Of a stretch of DNA of 64,000 bases, positions 48,655-60,268 are shown one piece after another. The first letter of the stretch is position 1. Each line of letters opens with the position of its first letter. The DNA comes from a virus. The translations under genes were made by a program, and so were the position numbers. The DNA is taken from the IMG/VR virus record IMGVR_UViG_3300042691_013609, positions 32,001-96,000 of that record; one strand, given 5' to 3'. Below the pieces are notes generated by a model, which saw only the letters and a list, made by a program, of their open reading frames with translations, ran no database searches and was not told the DNA's origin.

Positions 48655-49029
48655 ATGAAATCATACACAGAAAAATCTTTAAGTAAAAGGAAGGAAGAAA
48701 GAAAAGACTTCCCTGATTTCTATAAAAAACATATTGATATAATCAAAAATAATAAAGAGTGCTGTAAAGAATGTGGTATTAGACTACTTGGAGATGTTAG
48801 TGAAGTTGCGCATATATTGAACAAAAGCTACTTTAAATCTGTTTCTATTAATGATGATAATGTAATTTATCTATGCGGATGGAAGCAGAATAATTGCCAT
48901 GATAAATTTGATAGTGGCAAAGAAAAAGAAATGAAAGTATTTAGCATTGCTAAAGAAAAGTTTAATATATTAAAGGAAGAAGTAAAAGAAAAAATCAATT
49001 ATAAAATTTGGGATAAATATGGCAACTGA
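48655..49029 (+). CDS. HNH/NinG-like zinc-binding nuclease
   Basis: CKECG..AHIL..N...LC..CHDKFD; ATG 48655 follows a terminator-like hairpin (48613-48651). Confidence 0.7.
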   Translation: MKSYTEKSLSKRKEERKDFPDFYKKHIDIIKNNKECCKECGIRLLGDVSEVAHILNKSYFKSVSINDDNVIYLCGWKQNNCHDKFDSGKEKEMKVFSIAKEKFNILKEEVKEKINYKIWDKYGN

Positions 49030-50023
49030 CGTTTTAGATGTTTTAAAGAAACTAAATAAAGACAAAGCAGAGGAAGATAAAATTAAAGTAGCAAAGGATT
49101 TGCCTGACGAATATTTTGTTAGAAATGTTATATCAACTGGAAGCCCTTATTTAGATTACAGAATAAACAGAGAAATCGGAAAAGGTGGTTTAGTAAAAGG
49201 TTCTTTCAATTTATTAATAGGAGGAGAAGGATCAGGAAAAACTTCTATAGCTCTTTTAGCTGCGGCTAATGAACAAAAAGAAACTGGAAAATATGTAGTA
49301 TTTTATGATGGAGAAGGGTCCATGAGTGAATCTTATATAGAGAGATTTGGAGTGGATAAAGAACTTCTAATATATAGAAAAGGAAGGAACTTAGAAGAAA
49401 TGCTTGACACAATTGAGGCTTTATCTTTAGCCGATAATGTTGGCATGATTATAATAGATTCTATTCCTATCTTTGTATCTTCTGTTGTAGAAGAAAAAAG
49501 TGCAGGTGATAACACAATTGGAGTTGAGGCTAAGAAGTTTTCAGCCAGAATGACAATCATAGAGGGTAATTGTAGTAGGAGAGATATTTGTCTAACAGCT
49601 TTAACATTTTATACTCTTAATCCCGGAAGCATGGGCGACCCAAGAGTATTAAAAAGAGGTGAGTGGCAAAAGTATATGTCTAATTTAACATTAGAGTTTA
49701 CTAAGAAAGATTTGATAAAAGATGAAAATGGAAGCCCTATTGGGCACATTATTGATGTTAGGACAAAAAAATCTAAACTTCAAGAGTATGACGCAAAAGA
49801 TGCCTTTCAAATAAATTTTTATTATAAAAACGGATTTAATAAATACGATGAATACGCTTCAATATTTATTGAAGAAGGTTTAATAAAACAAGGAGGCGCT
49901 TGGTTTTCTTTTGCTGATGAAAATGGAGAAGAAGTAAAGTTGAATGGAAAAAGCAAAGTAATATCTTTTTTGAAAGAAAACGAAAATCATTTTCAAACAC
50001 TATTAAATAGAATTGGAAAATGA
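49019..50023 (+). CDS. recA: RecA-like recombinase
   Basis: ISTGS..LD, GGEGSGKT, YDGE, IIIDSI, KKSK, I.Q.GAWFS. Confidence 0.9.
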   Translation: MATDVLDVLKKLNKDKAEEDKIKVAKDLPDEYFVRNVISTGSPYLDYRINREIGKGGLVKGSFNLLIGGEGSGKTSIALLAAANEQKETGKYVVFYDGEGSMSESYIERFGVDKELLIYRKGRNLEEMLDTIEALSLADNVGMIIIDSIPIFVSSVVEEKSAGDNTIGVEAKKFSARMTIIEGNCSRRDICLTALTFYTLNPGSMGDPRVLKRGEWQKYMSNLTLEFTKKDLIKDENGSPIGHIIDVRTKKSKLQEYDAKDAFQINFYYKNGFNKYDEYASIFIEEGLIKQGGAWFSFADENGEEVKLNGKSKVISFLKENENHFQTLLNRIGK

Positions 50024-51180
50024 GAGAGCTAAAAGATATACTTGAAGATTTTGATAATTTAAGACAAAACTTTAGGCATTTTACTACTAAAGGGGATGGG
50101 AATAGAATAACTCTAATTGAATATCAAGGAAGGTTTGTAGACTTAAAATCTGATTTAACATATTGGAAATCGCATTTTTTAAATGAGTGGACTAGAAGGG
50201 ACGATAAAGCTGCCACAGCTATAAAATATAGGTTAGCTGGAGCAATTAGCAGAGGCGAGTACACAGACCACACAGGAAAACTATTAGACAAATGTTCATT
50301 ATCGATTGCTGAAAAAATAGCTGCCGGTACAAAAGAGTATCAAGAATTTATTCAGCAAAGATCTCATTATAAAGAATACGCTTCAAATATTTCTGACAGA
50401 AGAGAAGATATTTTAAGTTATATAAACGAAATAAAGGACAGACTAAAGTAAAAACACTAAGTAATGAAACTGCACATTTACTCATCTAAAAATTTTCAAA
50501 ACTGGTATTCTGATGAGCAGGAAATACCAGATAAATATTGCGTTGATAGTGATTGTGTAATTACTGTAAAAAGAAGAGAATTTTGCCCAAAGGAATGCGA
50601 ATTAGATCGACCCTTTGGGCAAAATGCTTATGAGAAATCTTGTTGTAAAAATTGCTAGAATATGACACCAATAAGGGTAAAGGATATAACTAAAGACTTT
50701 TGGAATCAGAACCAGCAACTTTCTATAATGGCTCCGTTCTCTGATTTTAAAAAGGAAAAGAATTCTTCAAAAATAATGATGGCTATTTATTTGATTTATG
50801 ATAGTAAATCAGATTTTATAAAAGCCGGAATGACGACTGATGAAATAATAAAAGACGTAAATAAAAACTATTTAGAAGACGAAAATTTTCCGTGGGAAAA
50901 CTACCAAAAAATAGTTGACGCTTATAAAGAAAAATGCACATCTAGGCTTCATAAAAAAGTTATGAATATGCTAGATGAAATCGATGAGATAGAGAGATCA
51001 AGATCTGAGTTATCTTGGGACGACCCTAATGAGGCAGAATTAAAAATAAAACTTTTTGATGCTTCTAAAAAATTGTATAATGAAGCAATAGAACTTCAAA
51101 AGAAATTAAACGAGGAAGTTGCAGAGCTTGAATTAGAAGGTGATTATGTTCCTAGTTTAACTGAGGAGTTTAGTTTATGA
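50020..51180 (+). other. Three CDSs (50020-50451, 50464-50658, 50662-51180); the last may be a small terminase-like protein
   Basis: ORF track; directly upstream of TerL. Confidence 0.5.
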
Positions 51181-53537
51181 GTTTACTAGATAGATATATA
51201 AATTTTGATAACGGTGACTTTGCTGTAGATTTATTTCCATATAAGATAAAGAATGTAAATAATTTCTATTTCAGAGAGCACCCTAAAAACCTAAACCCTA
51301 AAACATTTTTATATAAAAAATATTGGGAAGAATTCCTTAAATGTTGTTTAGAAGGTAGGTGGGTTGATGATGATGGCACATGGGTATACATGATGCCTAA
51401 ATTATTTTTTTATATAAACTACGTAGTTATATCTGATGAGGACAGGGATAAAATAAACCCAAGACTTAGAGATATAGAAATGATAATGTATACATATTTT
51501 TTATGCTCAGAAGGTTTTTCTGGGTTTGATGAAGATGAAAAATATACATGTAATAAATATGTTGGAAAAATAGAAAGTGGAGAAAAATTACAGCAATACG
51601 AACAAGAAGAGTTAGATTTAGATTTATCTGCAAAAAATGAACTTGGTGAGTATAAAAAGTACGTAGACCCATGGACTTATTTAACAGAGACTTACTTATT
51701 AACTGATAATAGAAATAAACCTTTAGGTCAAGCATTGTATAATAATGGTTATTACAATGTTATGTTATTATCAGCCAGGGGCGTGGCAAAATCTTTTAAT
51801 ACCTTCTTAGGAGATTTTTTCCATGAATGGTTATTTGGAAATGTCCGCAGATACGAAGATAGGCATAAAATAAACAATGACGTTTTATTTGGTATAACGT
51901 CTCCATCTAGCAAAGCTTTGTCTAGAACTATAGCGAACTTGTCAAGATCTTATGTTCAAATGCCTGGACAGTATGAATTCCCTACAAAAAAGAAAGATAA
52001 AACTGTTAAGTACTGGGGTCCATTTTATAAAAATATAAGAGGTACTTGGTCTGTAAGTCAATCCGGTTCTAACATACAACATATTGTAAAGTCTAGGCAA
52101 GGTAAAGAATTGATAAACGGATCCCAAGTAAACATATCTTTAATGGGACCCACAGATTATAAAATATTTGCCGGAGACCGTTTTAGAAGAGCTTACGTAG
52201 AGGAGGTTGGTTTTGCCAATAATTTAAAGAAATTATTTGCAGCGACAAAAGATGCTATTACTCTTGGTAAAAAACAAGTTGGCCAGTTATTTATGATTGG
52301 TACTGGCGGAGATATGAAAACTATCGTAGAACCAAAAGAACTTTTTGAAAATCCAAGAGCGTACAATATTTTCCCTATACCTAATTACTGGTTAAGATCT
52401 GACGGTAAAGAATGTGGCCTTTTTATACCAGCTTATTATAAATCTGAACAATTTAAAAAAGACGGTAATACTAATTTGTATGATTCTCTTTTTGATATTA
52501 TAAAGACGAGAGAGAATGATAAGGCTATAAAGGATTCTGCCACATTTGGCATGGATATAATGTGGAATCCTATATATCCAAAAGAATTACTTAGGCCATC
52601 ACATAGATCTATTATTCCTGTGCAGGAACTATCTGAGCATAGAGAATATATAGTGACAAACGATGTTTTCAAAAAAGTAGCAGCAATAGGTTCCTTTAAG
52701 TATGATATGTCAGGTGAAATAAAATTTACACCTGATCTTGAAAAAACTTTAACACCTATACTAGACTGGGGAAGAGATAAAGATTTAGAAGACACTACTG
52801 GCGCTTGGATCTTATATGAGGATAGACCTGAGTTTATACCAGAAGGTTTGTATTATGTCTTATATGACCCTTATTCTCAATCAGGAGCTGGTACTTCTTT
52901 GCAATCAATTCTTGTGTATAAACACAAATTTAAAGGGCATGGAGACAATTCTTTGGAAGATACTATAGTATGCTCTTATATAGGTAGATTAAGCGATCTA
53001 GACAAGTCTTACGAGGAAGTAATAAAAGTAGCTAGATATTTTAATGCAAAGATTTTCCCGGAAATGAATACAATGGGTTTTGCAGAATATATTGTGAGAA
53101 AAAACTTACAACATATGATGCAGAGAACTCCTATAAATATTTTAGAGACTATAAAAGGAAGTACACATAAAGCTCACAAATCAAGCCCGTATATTTTTGG
53201 GATAAAAGTAAACGAGGCAATGAATATATGGAGTATAAATAAATTGGCGAATTGGTTAACGGAAGTTATTATAGAGGATGAAAATGGATTACCATTAAAA
53301 AGAAATTATCAAAAGATAAAAGATTTAAGATTACTTTCAGAATTAATTAATTTTGATTTTGAAAATAAGCAAGACTTTGACTCTGTTTCTGCACTAATGC
53401 TATTACCATTTTTATTATCTGATTTAGAAGGTTCAGTTGTAGAAATACCGTATGAGGATGATGACGATCCTTATGCAAAATACAATATAAAACCTGTTAT
53501 GGAAAAAAATTTAAAAGCTAAAATTAACCAATACTGA
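51177..53537 (+). CDS. terL: Terminase large subunit
   Basis: ARGVAKSF (Walker A variant), YVEEVG (Walker B), GTGG, nuclease domain YDPY..FD.VSA. Confidence 0.9.
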   Translation: MSLLDRYINFDNGDFAVDLFPYKIKNVNNFYFREHPKNLNPKTFLYKKYWEEFLKCCLEGRWVDDDGTWVYMMPKLFFYINYVVISDEDRDKINPRLRDIEMIMYTYFLCSEGFSGFDEDEKYTCNKYVGKIESGEKLQQYEQEELDLDLSAKNELGEYKKYVDPWTYLTETYLLTDNRNKPLGQALYNNGYYNVMLLSARGVAKSFNTFLGDFFHEWLFGNVRRYEDRHKINNDVLFGITSPSSKALSRTIANLSRSYVQMPGQYEFPTKKKDKTVKYWGPFYKNIRGTWSVSQSGSNIQHIVKSRQGKELINGSQVNISLMGPTDYKIFAGDRFRRAYVEEVGFANNLKKLFAATKDAITLGKKQVGQLFMIGTGGDMKTIVEPKELFENPRAYNIFPIPNYWLRSDGKECGLFIPAYYKSEQFKKDGNTNLYDSLFDIIKTRENDKAIKDSATFGMDIMWNPIYPKELLRPSHRSIIPVQELSEHREYIVTNDVFKKVAAIGSFKYDMSGEIKFTPDLEKTLTPILDWGRDKDLEDTTGAWILYEDRPEFIPEGLYYVLYDPYSQSGAGTSLQSILVYKHKFKGHGDNSLEDTIVCSYIGRLSDLDKSYEEVIKVARYFNAKIFPEMNTMGFAEYIVRKNLQHMMQRTPINILETIKGSTHKAHKSSPYIFGIKVNEAMNIWSINKLANWLTEVIIEDENGLPLKRNYQKIKDLRLLSELINFDFENKQDFDSVSALMLLPFLLSDLEGSVVEIPYEDDDDPYAKYNIKPVMEKNLKAKINQY

Positions 53538-56023
53538 TGACAAATCTTTATGACGGTAATATAAAACCGACCGCATCTAGGTACGAAAAGGAGAAGAATA
53601 ACTTTGAGCGTCAAATATCCATTATGGATTATTATGACACTTATTATGGTGACTATAGAGATGATGATAAGTTAAAAAAGTTTGAAATAAATTACGACTT
53701 ATCTAACGGTCGATTAGATACTTCTTTGTATGAGATAGAGGATTTCTGTATGATTGGTCAGGAGAAAGTGACTATATCAAGAGGAGAAATACCTCATATA
53801 CCTATTATAGCTCAAGTAGTTAATACTCTTAGAGGTGAACAGCTTTTAAGACCATGGAAACTATCTGTAGAAGACGAATCTCCTTTAAAAGAATCTATAC
53901 AAAACGAGGAGTATAGAAAGCTTTTTAAGAATTACATACAGACAAATATTATAGCCCCACAAGAACAACAAGCTTATCAAAAACTAAGTTCTGAAATTCA
54001 GAACTTAGATACTAGTTTGTTATCCCCAGAAGAGCTACAGCAAATACAGGCGGAAGTAGAACAAAAAGTTCAGGCAGAGGTATCGTTTAATACTCCAGAA
54101 GAAATAATGGATTATATGCAAAACCAATACCAAAACCCAATAGCTAGACAAGCCCAAGAGATTATGAATTATTTGGATAAAAAATTCAGGCTTAAAGATA
54201 TTGAGGTTGAGGGTTTTAGTCATATGGTTCCTACTGGTGAAGAGTATTATTACGTTAATATAGGTGAAAGAGGGTTAGAGTTTGATATGATTCCTCCAGA
54301 TTCTATAACATACGGTGGACCAGCAGAAGAAGTTTGGGTACAAAATATGGATTGGGCTAAAAGAGAAAGATGGACAACAATAACAGAGATAAGACATAAA
54401 TATGCTGAAGTATTAAAGTCTGAGCATATGAAAGAGTTGGATAAAATGTATGAACCAAAATTTGGATCTAAACATTATGACAACGATAAGAGTCCTTTGA
54501 CAAAAAGATACATGTTTGAATTGTCCAGAGATCCAGAAGGAATACAAGAAAAATTTGGAAATCAAGACTATAGAAAAAAAGAGAACTTTAACAATATAGC
54601 CTCTGCCTATGCAAATATTCAAGCTAGATGGGGTCTAGATGTAGACTTCTCTGAATTTGCTATTAGAGAAACTCATATAGTTTGGAGAGAGGACAGGTTA
54701 ATGTACAGAGTGTACAGATTAGAAAATGGTAAAGTAAACAGATATTATTTTGACGAACATTATGTTCCAACAGAAGAAGATCTAGAAGTCAAAAAGATAA
54801 TCGCACCTGAAATTTGGGAGGGCACAAAGATAGGAACTGAGGATCCTATCTACTTAAACATAAGACCTTTAAGAGGTCAATATTCTTCCAATAATGACCC
54901 ATATTTTGTACAGCTTCCATATATAGGCAGAAAGTACAATACTTATAGAGGAAGATCTAAAAATCTTGCTATTGTTGATTTAATGAAACAATTCCAAAGA
55001 GACATAGATACTGAAATGGCAGCATTAAGAAAAGATCTCGCTACTAACATAGGAAAGGTTTTTGTAATGCTTATGAACTCTAAGCCTCAAAACATGACCT
55101 GGAGCACTATGCTACAAATAGCTAAAGATCATAATATATTAATGATTGATCCTGTTCAAAGAGGTTTGAGTGGTGTTGACCCACAATTTATGAGAGAGGT
55201 TAATATGTCTAAAATGAGTGAGATTGCCGAAAGGGTAAATCTTATAAAAGAAATGACAAATAATCTTTATCAAGTTGCTGGGTTTAATGCTAATAGAACG
55301 GGTCAAGGAGGGCAGTATGCAAATGCCATGAACATACAGACTCAACAACAATCCTCGTATAATCAAACAGAGCCTATGTTTGAGACACACAGGATTATTG
55401 TAGAAAAGGCTTGCGACAGGTTGATGAATTTAGCAAGAGTATATTATAAAGATAACCAGGAAGAACTTAGAAATATACTATCTCCAACTTCTTATGCAGA
55501 ATTAGAATTTGGTTATCCTTTTTGGTATTCTTATTTTAACGTAAGATTAGAAAATTCAGGAAAAGTAGCCAGACAAGTAGAAATGCTAAAGCAATATATG
55601 CAAGCATTTATACAAAATGGTATGGAGCCTATTGATGTTGTACATTTGGCTTTAGCTGAAACTAAGAATGATCTTATGGATATTCTATCTAAGATAGACA
55701 AAAGACAAAAAGAAGCAGCACAGCAAGCACAGCAATCTCAGTCAGAACAAATGCAACAAGCAATGGCTATGGAAGCAGAGCAAGCTCAAGTTGAAAGAGA
55801 CTTCAAAATGGCCATTAAGAAAATGGAACTTGATGCTTCTGATATTAGATCTCAAAGAGACTCAGAGAAATTTAGAATTGCTGCTGACGTTGACTCTGAC
55901 GGCAGGTCAGATCTTCTCGAAGCTAAGATGATAGAAATAGAACAAAGAAAGAAAGAACACGAAGATAAAATGGAATTGGCTAGACAGAAAAACGCAGATA
56001 CTCAGGTCTCTGCAAGAATCTAA
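53537..56023 (+). CDS. Portal protein
   Basis: 828 aa directly after TerL; IPII..VVN.L.GE, E.WEGTKIG, LPYIG; Q-rich coiled C-terminus as in crAss-like portals. Confidence 0.88.
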   Translation: MTNLYDGNIKPTASRYEKEKNNFERQISIMDYYDTYYGDYRDDDKLKKFEINYDLSNGRLDTSLYEIEDFCMIGQEKVTISRGEIPHIPIIAQVVNTLRGEQLLRPWKLSVEDESPLKESIQNEEYRKLFKNYIQTNIIAPQEQQAYQKLSSEIQNLDTSLLSPEELQQIQAEVEQKVQAEVSFNTPEEIMDYMQNQYQNPIARQAQEIMNYLDKKFRLKDIEVEGFSHMVPTGEEYYYVNIGERGLEFDMIPPDSITYGGPAEEVWVQNMDWAKRERWTTITEIRHKYAEVLKSEHMKELDKMYEPKFGSKHYDNDKSPLTKRYMFELSRDPEGIQEKFGNQDYRKKENFNNIASAYANIQARWGLDVDFSEFAIRETHIVWREDRLMYRVYRLENGKVNRYYFDEHYVPTEEDLEVKKIIAPEIWEGTKIGTEDPIYLNIRPLRGQYSSNNDPYFVQLPYIGRKYNTYRGRSKNLAIVDLMKQFQRDIDTEMAALRKDLATNIGKVFVMLMNSKPQNMTWSTMLQIAKDHNILMIDPVQRGLSGVDPQFMREVNMSKMSEIAERVNLIKEMTNNLYQVAGFNANRTGQGGQYANAMNIQTQQQSSYNQTEPMFETHRIIVEKACDRLMNLARVYYKDNQEELRNILSPTSYAELEFGYPFWYSYFNVRLENSGKVARQVEMLKQYMQAFIQNGMEPIDVVHLALAETKNDLMDILSKIDKRQKEAAQQAQQSQSEQMQQAMAMEAEQAQVERDFKMAIKKMELDASDIRSQRDSEKFRIAADVDSDGRSDLLEAKMIEIEQRKKEHEDKMELARQKNADTQVSARI

Positions 56024-56091
56024 AATACGCCAATTCCCCGATTGAGTAAAATTAATTTTTAAATAACAGCCAATTTTGGCAAAACATGTAT

Positions 56092-56099
56092 TATATTTG
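56092..56099 (+). promoter_or_regulatory. TATATTTG -7 promoter element for the scaffold/capsid operon
   Basis: TAnnTTTG just upstream of ATG 56108. Confidence 0.65.
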
Positions 56100-56107
56100 C
56101 ATTTGAT

Positions 56108-57346
56108 ATGGACACGACTGTATTAGAAAAAGAAACAAGCGTAGAAACTGCACAAAATAACTCAGAAGATTCTGTAGAGTATAGAGGTGGCGGTTTCAAT
56201 AAGTGGGGAGTTAACGTAGAGAATAACAGCAAGTCTAGCAGACATTCAGCTTTTCTTGATGAAGAACCATCAGGAGATGATGGATCAGAGCCTCCTATAA
56301 ATATGGACCCAGGCCAAATAGGCCAAATAGCTTCATCCATAACTCCGACAGAAGAATCTGTTGAAGCAGTTAGTACTCCAGAGAGTAATGAAGAAGTTAC
56401 CTCATCTGACGAGCCACAAACTGAAAACTTTGCATATTATGTTGCAAAGCAAATGATTCAAGAAGGAGCACTTCCTAATTTTGATGATGTTGATGAAGAT
56501 ATAACTTTTGAAGATATTTATGAAAATTATAAAGTAGTAACTGAAGAAAAAGTAAAGACTCAAGTATTAGGTGAAGTACAAGCTACTTTGCAATCTGCCG
56601 GAGTCACAGATGAAAATTTGGTATTATTACAAGCAATACAAAACGGAGTTCCGTTAGATGAGTTATATGAAGTAAATAAATATCAAAAGTATTCTCAGTT
56701 TGACGACTCGGCAGATTCTGACTTAAAACTTGAAGTTATAAAAGAGTGGTATAAATCAAGAAATTTATCTGAGAGAGAGATTAATAGAAATCTAGAGGCT
56801 ATAGAATTATCAGATGAAATAGACACTGAATTTGATGATGCTAAAAACTTCTTCGCCCAAACATTAGAAGAATACCATAAAGCTCAAAGACAAATAGCTT
56901 TACAAGAATTAGAACAAAGAAAAGCAATTCAACTTAGAAATGCAGATGTTTTAAATAAAGCTGTAACTCAGGGGGTCTTAGCAAATGAAAGATTAACCTC
57001 AGAACAAAGCCAACAACTTCAAAGAGATATATACGAAAGGAATAAAGTGTATAATATTGAAGGACAACAAGTTCCGCTATCTCCATTTGAAGAATTTATG
57101 TATTTAATGAATAATGATTTTGAGTTTCAGCTTTTAAACTTTAAAAATTTTAGGTTTAAAAACTCTGAAGCAGAGATGTTAAAAGTACAAGCTCAGGAAC
57201 AAGCTGACAAAGATTACTTAGAGGCTTTTAAAAAAGCTCAGGGAAAATCAGCGATGAAGGGCTCCTTAAAGAAAAAAACGAATAATACTCAAGATGGTTA
57301 TACCTCTTATATAAACGAGACTGGAGGTAGGAGCTATGAGTTTTAA
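56108..57346 (+). CDS. Acidic scaffold-like protein
   Basis: Acidic, disordered N-terminus and helical C-terminus; lies between portal and capsid. Confidence 0.65.
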   Translation: MDTTVLEKETSVETAQNNSEDSVEYRGGGFNKWGVNVENNSKSSRHSAFLDEEPSGDDGSEPPINMDPGQIGQIASSITPTEESVEAVSTPESNEEVTSSDEPQTENFAYYVAKQMIQEGALPNFDDVDEDITFEDIYENYKVVTEEKVKTQVLGEVQATLQSAGVTDENLVLLQAIQNGVPLDELYEVNKYQKYSQFDDSADSDLKLEVIKEWYKSRNLSEREINRNLEAIELSDEIDTEFDDAKNFFAQTLEEYHKAQRQIALQELEQRKAIQLRNADVLNKAVTQGVLANERLTSEQSQQLQRDIYERNKVYNIEGQQVPLSPFEEFMYLMNNDFEFQLLNFKNFRFKNSEAEMLKVQAQEQADKDYLEAFKKAQGKSAMKGSLKKKTNNTQDGYTSYINETGGRSYEF

Positions 57347-57386
57347 TAAAACATGACAAAATAACTAAAACTAAAACTTAGAAAAA

Positions 57387-58922
57387 ATGAGCGGAATTAG
57401 AACTAAACCGTTTCCATCCAAATATATCGTTGAAGAGCAGTATGCTAATGACGATAAATTGTTTAGCGGTCACTTTAGGTATGAAAACTTGCTACAATCA
57501 AAAGGTGGAACAGTACACGATTACACAGACTTAACAGAATTAGCTAGAGGTTTCTACGCTAGAACTTCTGAAACTCTTTCTGAGAATACAGCTCCTTGGT
57601 TACAATGGATCAAAGGAACTGGCGGAATGAAAGACGTTACTACTCAGAAAGTTCGTTGGAGACACTACGGTAAGCCAAAGAGAAAATTCATTTCTCAGGG
57701 TAACCCAAACACATGTGAATATATTGGAGCAGCTGGCTCTACTTTTAAAGTAATTTTTGATGTAGACCATTTCCAGCCTTCTGATGAATTAGCACCAGTT
57801 GAAAACGGACGTGCTAAAATTATTATTGAATCTTACGCTAGAAAAGTAGCCGGTGGTTATCAGTATGATGCTGTTTTAGCAAACCCTGAAACACACTTGC
57901 CTAAAGTTTATTTACAAGGAAAATTCTGGACAAGAGCAGGTCAATCTTCTGCATATTTATCTCCTATTACAGGACGTGCAGGTAGCTTCTCTTTCAGCTC
58001 AGGTTTTGCTTATATCGAATTTGAAGTTCCTTTACACACTATGACTAAGGAGTTCTCTGTAGACATGGAGACACACCTTAAAGAAGGTTCTTTGAAAGTT
58101 GGTTGTAAGTATGACGATAATGTAATCGAAGAGAAAATTACAAATAGACTTGAGATCGAGTTTGATGCGGCTTTTGAAAAAGAAATGGAGCACATCCTCG
58201 TTCACGGAGAAATGACAAACAACAGGGTTGATCCTGTTAATAGAAAGCCTATTACAACTTCTCCTGGTCTTTACGCATATTTGGAAGAATCCAATATTAT
58301 TAAGTATAATCCATTTGTCAACAGCGTTGACATGATCATGGACCTTATCCAAGTTTACTGGTACGACCGTGTACCTACAAGCAAGAGAAATCTTGTATTG
58401 ATGACTGGAGAAGCTGGTCTTAAATTGTTCCACAACTGGTTGGTTGAGAAGTTCGGATCTATGCCTGTAGAAATTGAGCACAACTTCGTACTCGATTCTT
58501 CTAAGTCACATGACATGGCTAAGAGAGGATTTGCTCTTGGTGGATTCCAATTTACAAAGTACCACGTACAGCCATTTGGTAGCGTTACAGTAGGTCACTG
58601 GCCAATGCTTGATGACACATTGTTTGATGCTAAGACAATGCCTGGAAGTATCTATACAGTTCGTTCTCACGAGTTCATCGCTATGGACTGGGGAATGGGC
58701 GAGCCAAACGTAACTCTATTAAAGAATACTCAGAGAGATAGAGATTTGATCGTACCTGGTTACTGGTCTCCTTGGGGTGCAGTTGGTTTAAAGAACCCTT
58801 ACTTCAAGACTGTTGGTCAACCTGAATTAGAAGATACTTATTTAGTTCGTAAGAGTAGAACTTTCGGTCTTGCGGTTATGGATGTATCTAGAATCTTATT
58901 GTTCAGACCTTCTGTAGGATAA
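57387..58922 (+). CDS. Major capsid protein
   Basis: 511 aa; crAss-like synteny; VLMTGEAG...F and GFQFTKY patterns; high-expression codon bias; followed by a terminator. Confidence 0.88.
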   Translation: MSGIRTKPFPSKYIVEEQYANDDKLFSGHFRYENLLQSKGGTVHDYTDLTELARGFYARTSETLSENTAPWLQWIKGTGGMKDVTTQKVRWRHYGKPKRKFISQGNPNTCEYIGAAGSTFKVIFDVDHFQPSDELAPVENGRAKIIIESYARKVAGGYQYDAVLANPETHLPKVYLQGKFWTRAGQSSAYLSPITGRAGSFSFSSGFAYIEFEVPLHTMTKEFSVDMETHLKEGSLKVGCKYDDNVIEEKITNRLEIEFDAAFEKEMEHILVHGEMTNNRVDPVNRKPITTSPGLYAYLEESNIIKYNPFVNSVDMIMDLIQVYWYDRVPTSKRNLVLMTGEAGLKLFHNWLVEKFGSMPVEIEHNFVLDSSKSHDMAKRGFALGGFQFTKYHVQPFGSVTVGHWPMLDDTLFDAKTMPGSIYTVRSHEFIAMDWGMGEPNVTLLKNTQRDRDLIVPGYWSPWGAVGLKNPYFKTVGQPELEDTYLVRKSRTFGLAVMDVSRILLFRPSVG

Positions 58923-58951
58923 TAAAAATTATTATATAACTTTAAAATAAA

Positions 58952-58981
58952 GGTGGAGGCTTAACGGCCTCCACCATTTTT
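58952..58981 (+). terminator. Intrinsic terminator after the capsid gene
   Basis: GGTGGAGGC-TTAACG-GCCTCCACC-ATTTTT. Confidence 0.85.
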
Positions 58982-58985
58982 AGCT

Positions 58986-59219
58986 ATGAAAACAATGAAG
59001 AAAATTACATCTGCTACCACTAAGATGAAATCTGGCGGTAAAGTTAAAAAAATGCAATCTGGCGGTGAGGCTGTTTTGGTAAAATCTGCACCAAAAGATA
59101 TGTCTTTGAAGAATTATGTAAATTCTCAAAAGAATAAGACTGCAAAAGATAAACTTAAAGATGCACAATCATCTAAAAAGATGATGAACGGTGGTTACGG
59201 AAAAAAGAAAATGAAATAG
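58986..59219 (+). CDS. Small Lys-rich protein with MxxGG repeats
   Basis: MKSGG, MQSGG, MNGG. Confidence 0.65.
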   Translation: MKTMKKITSATTKMKSGGKVKKMQSGGEAVLVKSAPKDMSLKNYVNSQKNKTAKDKLKDAQSSKKMMNGGYGKKKMK

Positions 59220-59299
59220 TATGAAAGCTAAAGGACCTTGCAAACCTTGTGGAAGACCAAGGTAAGCTAACTTAATTAAATAAAAAATCAAAAAGGGGA

Positions 59300-60268
59300 A
59301 TGGAAACATTAATAGTAAGAAGAAAAAGCGATCTAAGTAAACTCAAGACTTCTGATGAAATTTATTATCAGGATTCAAAAGATTATACTAAAGATGGCGA
59401 AGCGATTGATACATTTAGTAAAAACAGTCAATCTGTAATTGGCACAATGTCTAATTTGACACCTCACTGGGACTACACTAAAAATGAGTGGTCTTTTTAT
59501 GGAGGATTTCAATCTCTTTTAGAAATTGCTAAAAAATTGCAGCTAAGAGGTCAAAATAACGAACTACTTCTACCTACTGAGTATTCTTTAAAAAATCCAA
59601 ATGATCCTTTCTTTGCTCATAAAAGTTTGTGGCAAAGTACATTCATGGAGGAAGGATCTAAGTATTTGACAGAAGAAACTCCTTTAGAGGAGTTCTATAT
59701 GCGAGTTCTAAAAGGAAGAGAAGACATTGAGCAGCCAGATAGAGAGCCAGGAGAGCAATCAGCTTTTTTAACATCTGGTTCAAAGTTGGAGATTTTATCC
59801 CCAAGGGCTGAGTTAAAAGTACAATCAAATAAAATTGACGAGGAAGTAGAAGCTATTCTATTGTACGATTCATTAAGAAAGAATTTTGATAAGATGAAGA
59901 GGATTGTGTCTATTGCAGATCCACCATCTTATGATGAATCTTATAATGACCCAGTAGCCATGGCGGCTTTGTTAAAACACGAATTAGTTGACAATACTCA
60001 ATACGTCACTAAATACGGGATGGAAGCTAGAAAATATTTTATGCATTTATGCAATTTGCCAAATGAAGATTTGGAAGTATATAGCAAAGTATTAAGAGCG
60101 GCTCAAGACGGTATTATTAGACGAAATAGTAAATCTGGGTATACAATGAAGGGTGAGTTATTAGCCGAAGGTTCTATCAGGGATGACAAGAAATTAGTAG
60201 AATTTTTCCAAAAAGACGAAAATATTTCATATTACTCCAAATTGGAGGATTTAATAGCAAATAAATAA
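59300..60268 (+). CDS. Conserved crAss-like protein downstream of the capsid gene
   Basis: 322-aa ORF; synteny. Confidence 0.6.
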   Translation: METLIVRRKSDLSKLKTSDEIYYQDSKDYTKDGEAIDTFSKNSQSVIGTMSNLTPHWDYTKNEWSFYGGFQSLLEIAKKLQLRGQNNELLLPTEYSLKNPNDPFFAHKSLWQSTFMEEGSKYLTEETPLEEFYMRVLKGREDIEQPDREPGEQSAFLTSGSKLEILSPRAELKVQSNKIDEEVEAILLYDSLRKNFDKMKRIVSIADPPSYDESYNDPVAMAALLKHELVDNTQYVTKYGMEARKYFMHLCNLPNEDLEVYSKVLRAAQDGIIRRNSKSGYTMKGELLAEGSIRDDKKLVEFFQKDENISYYSKLEDLIANK

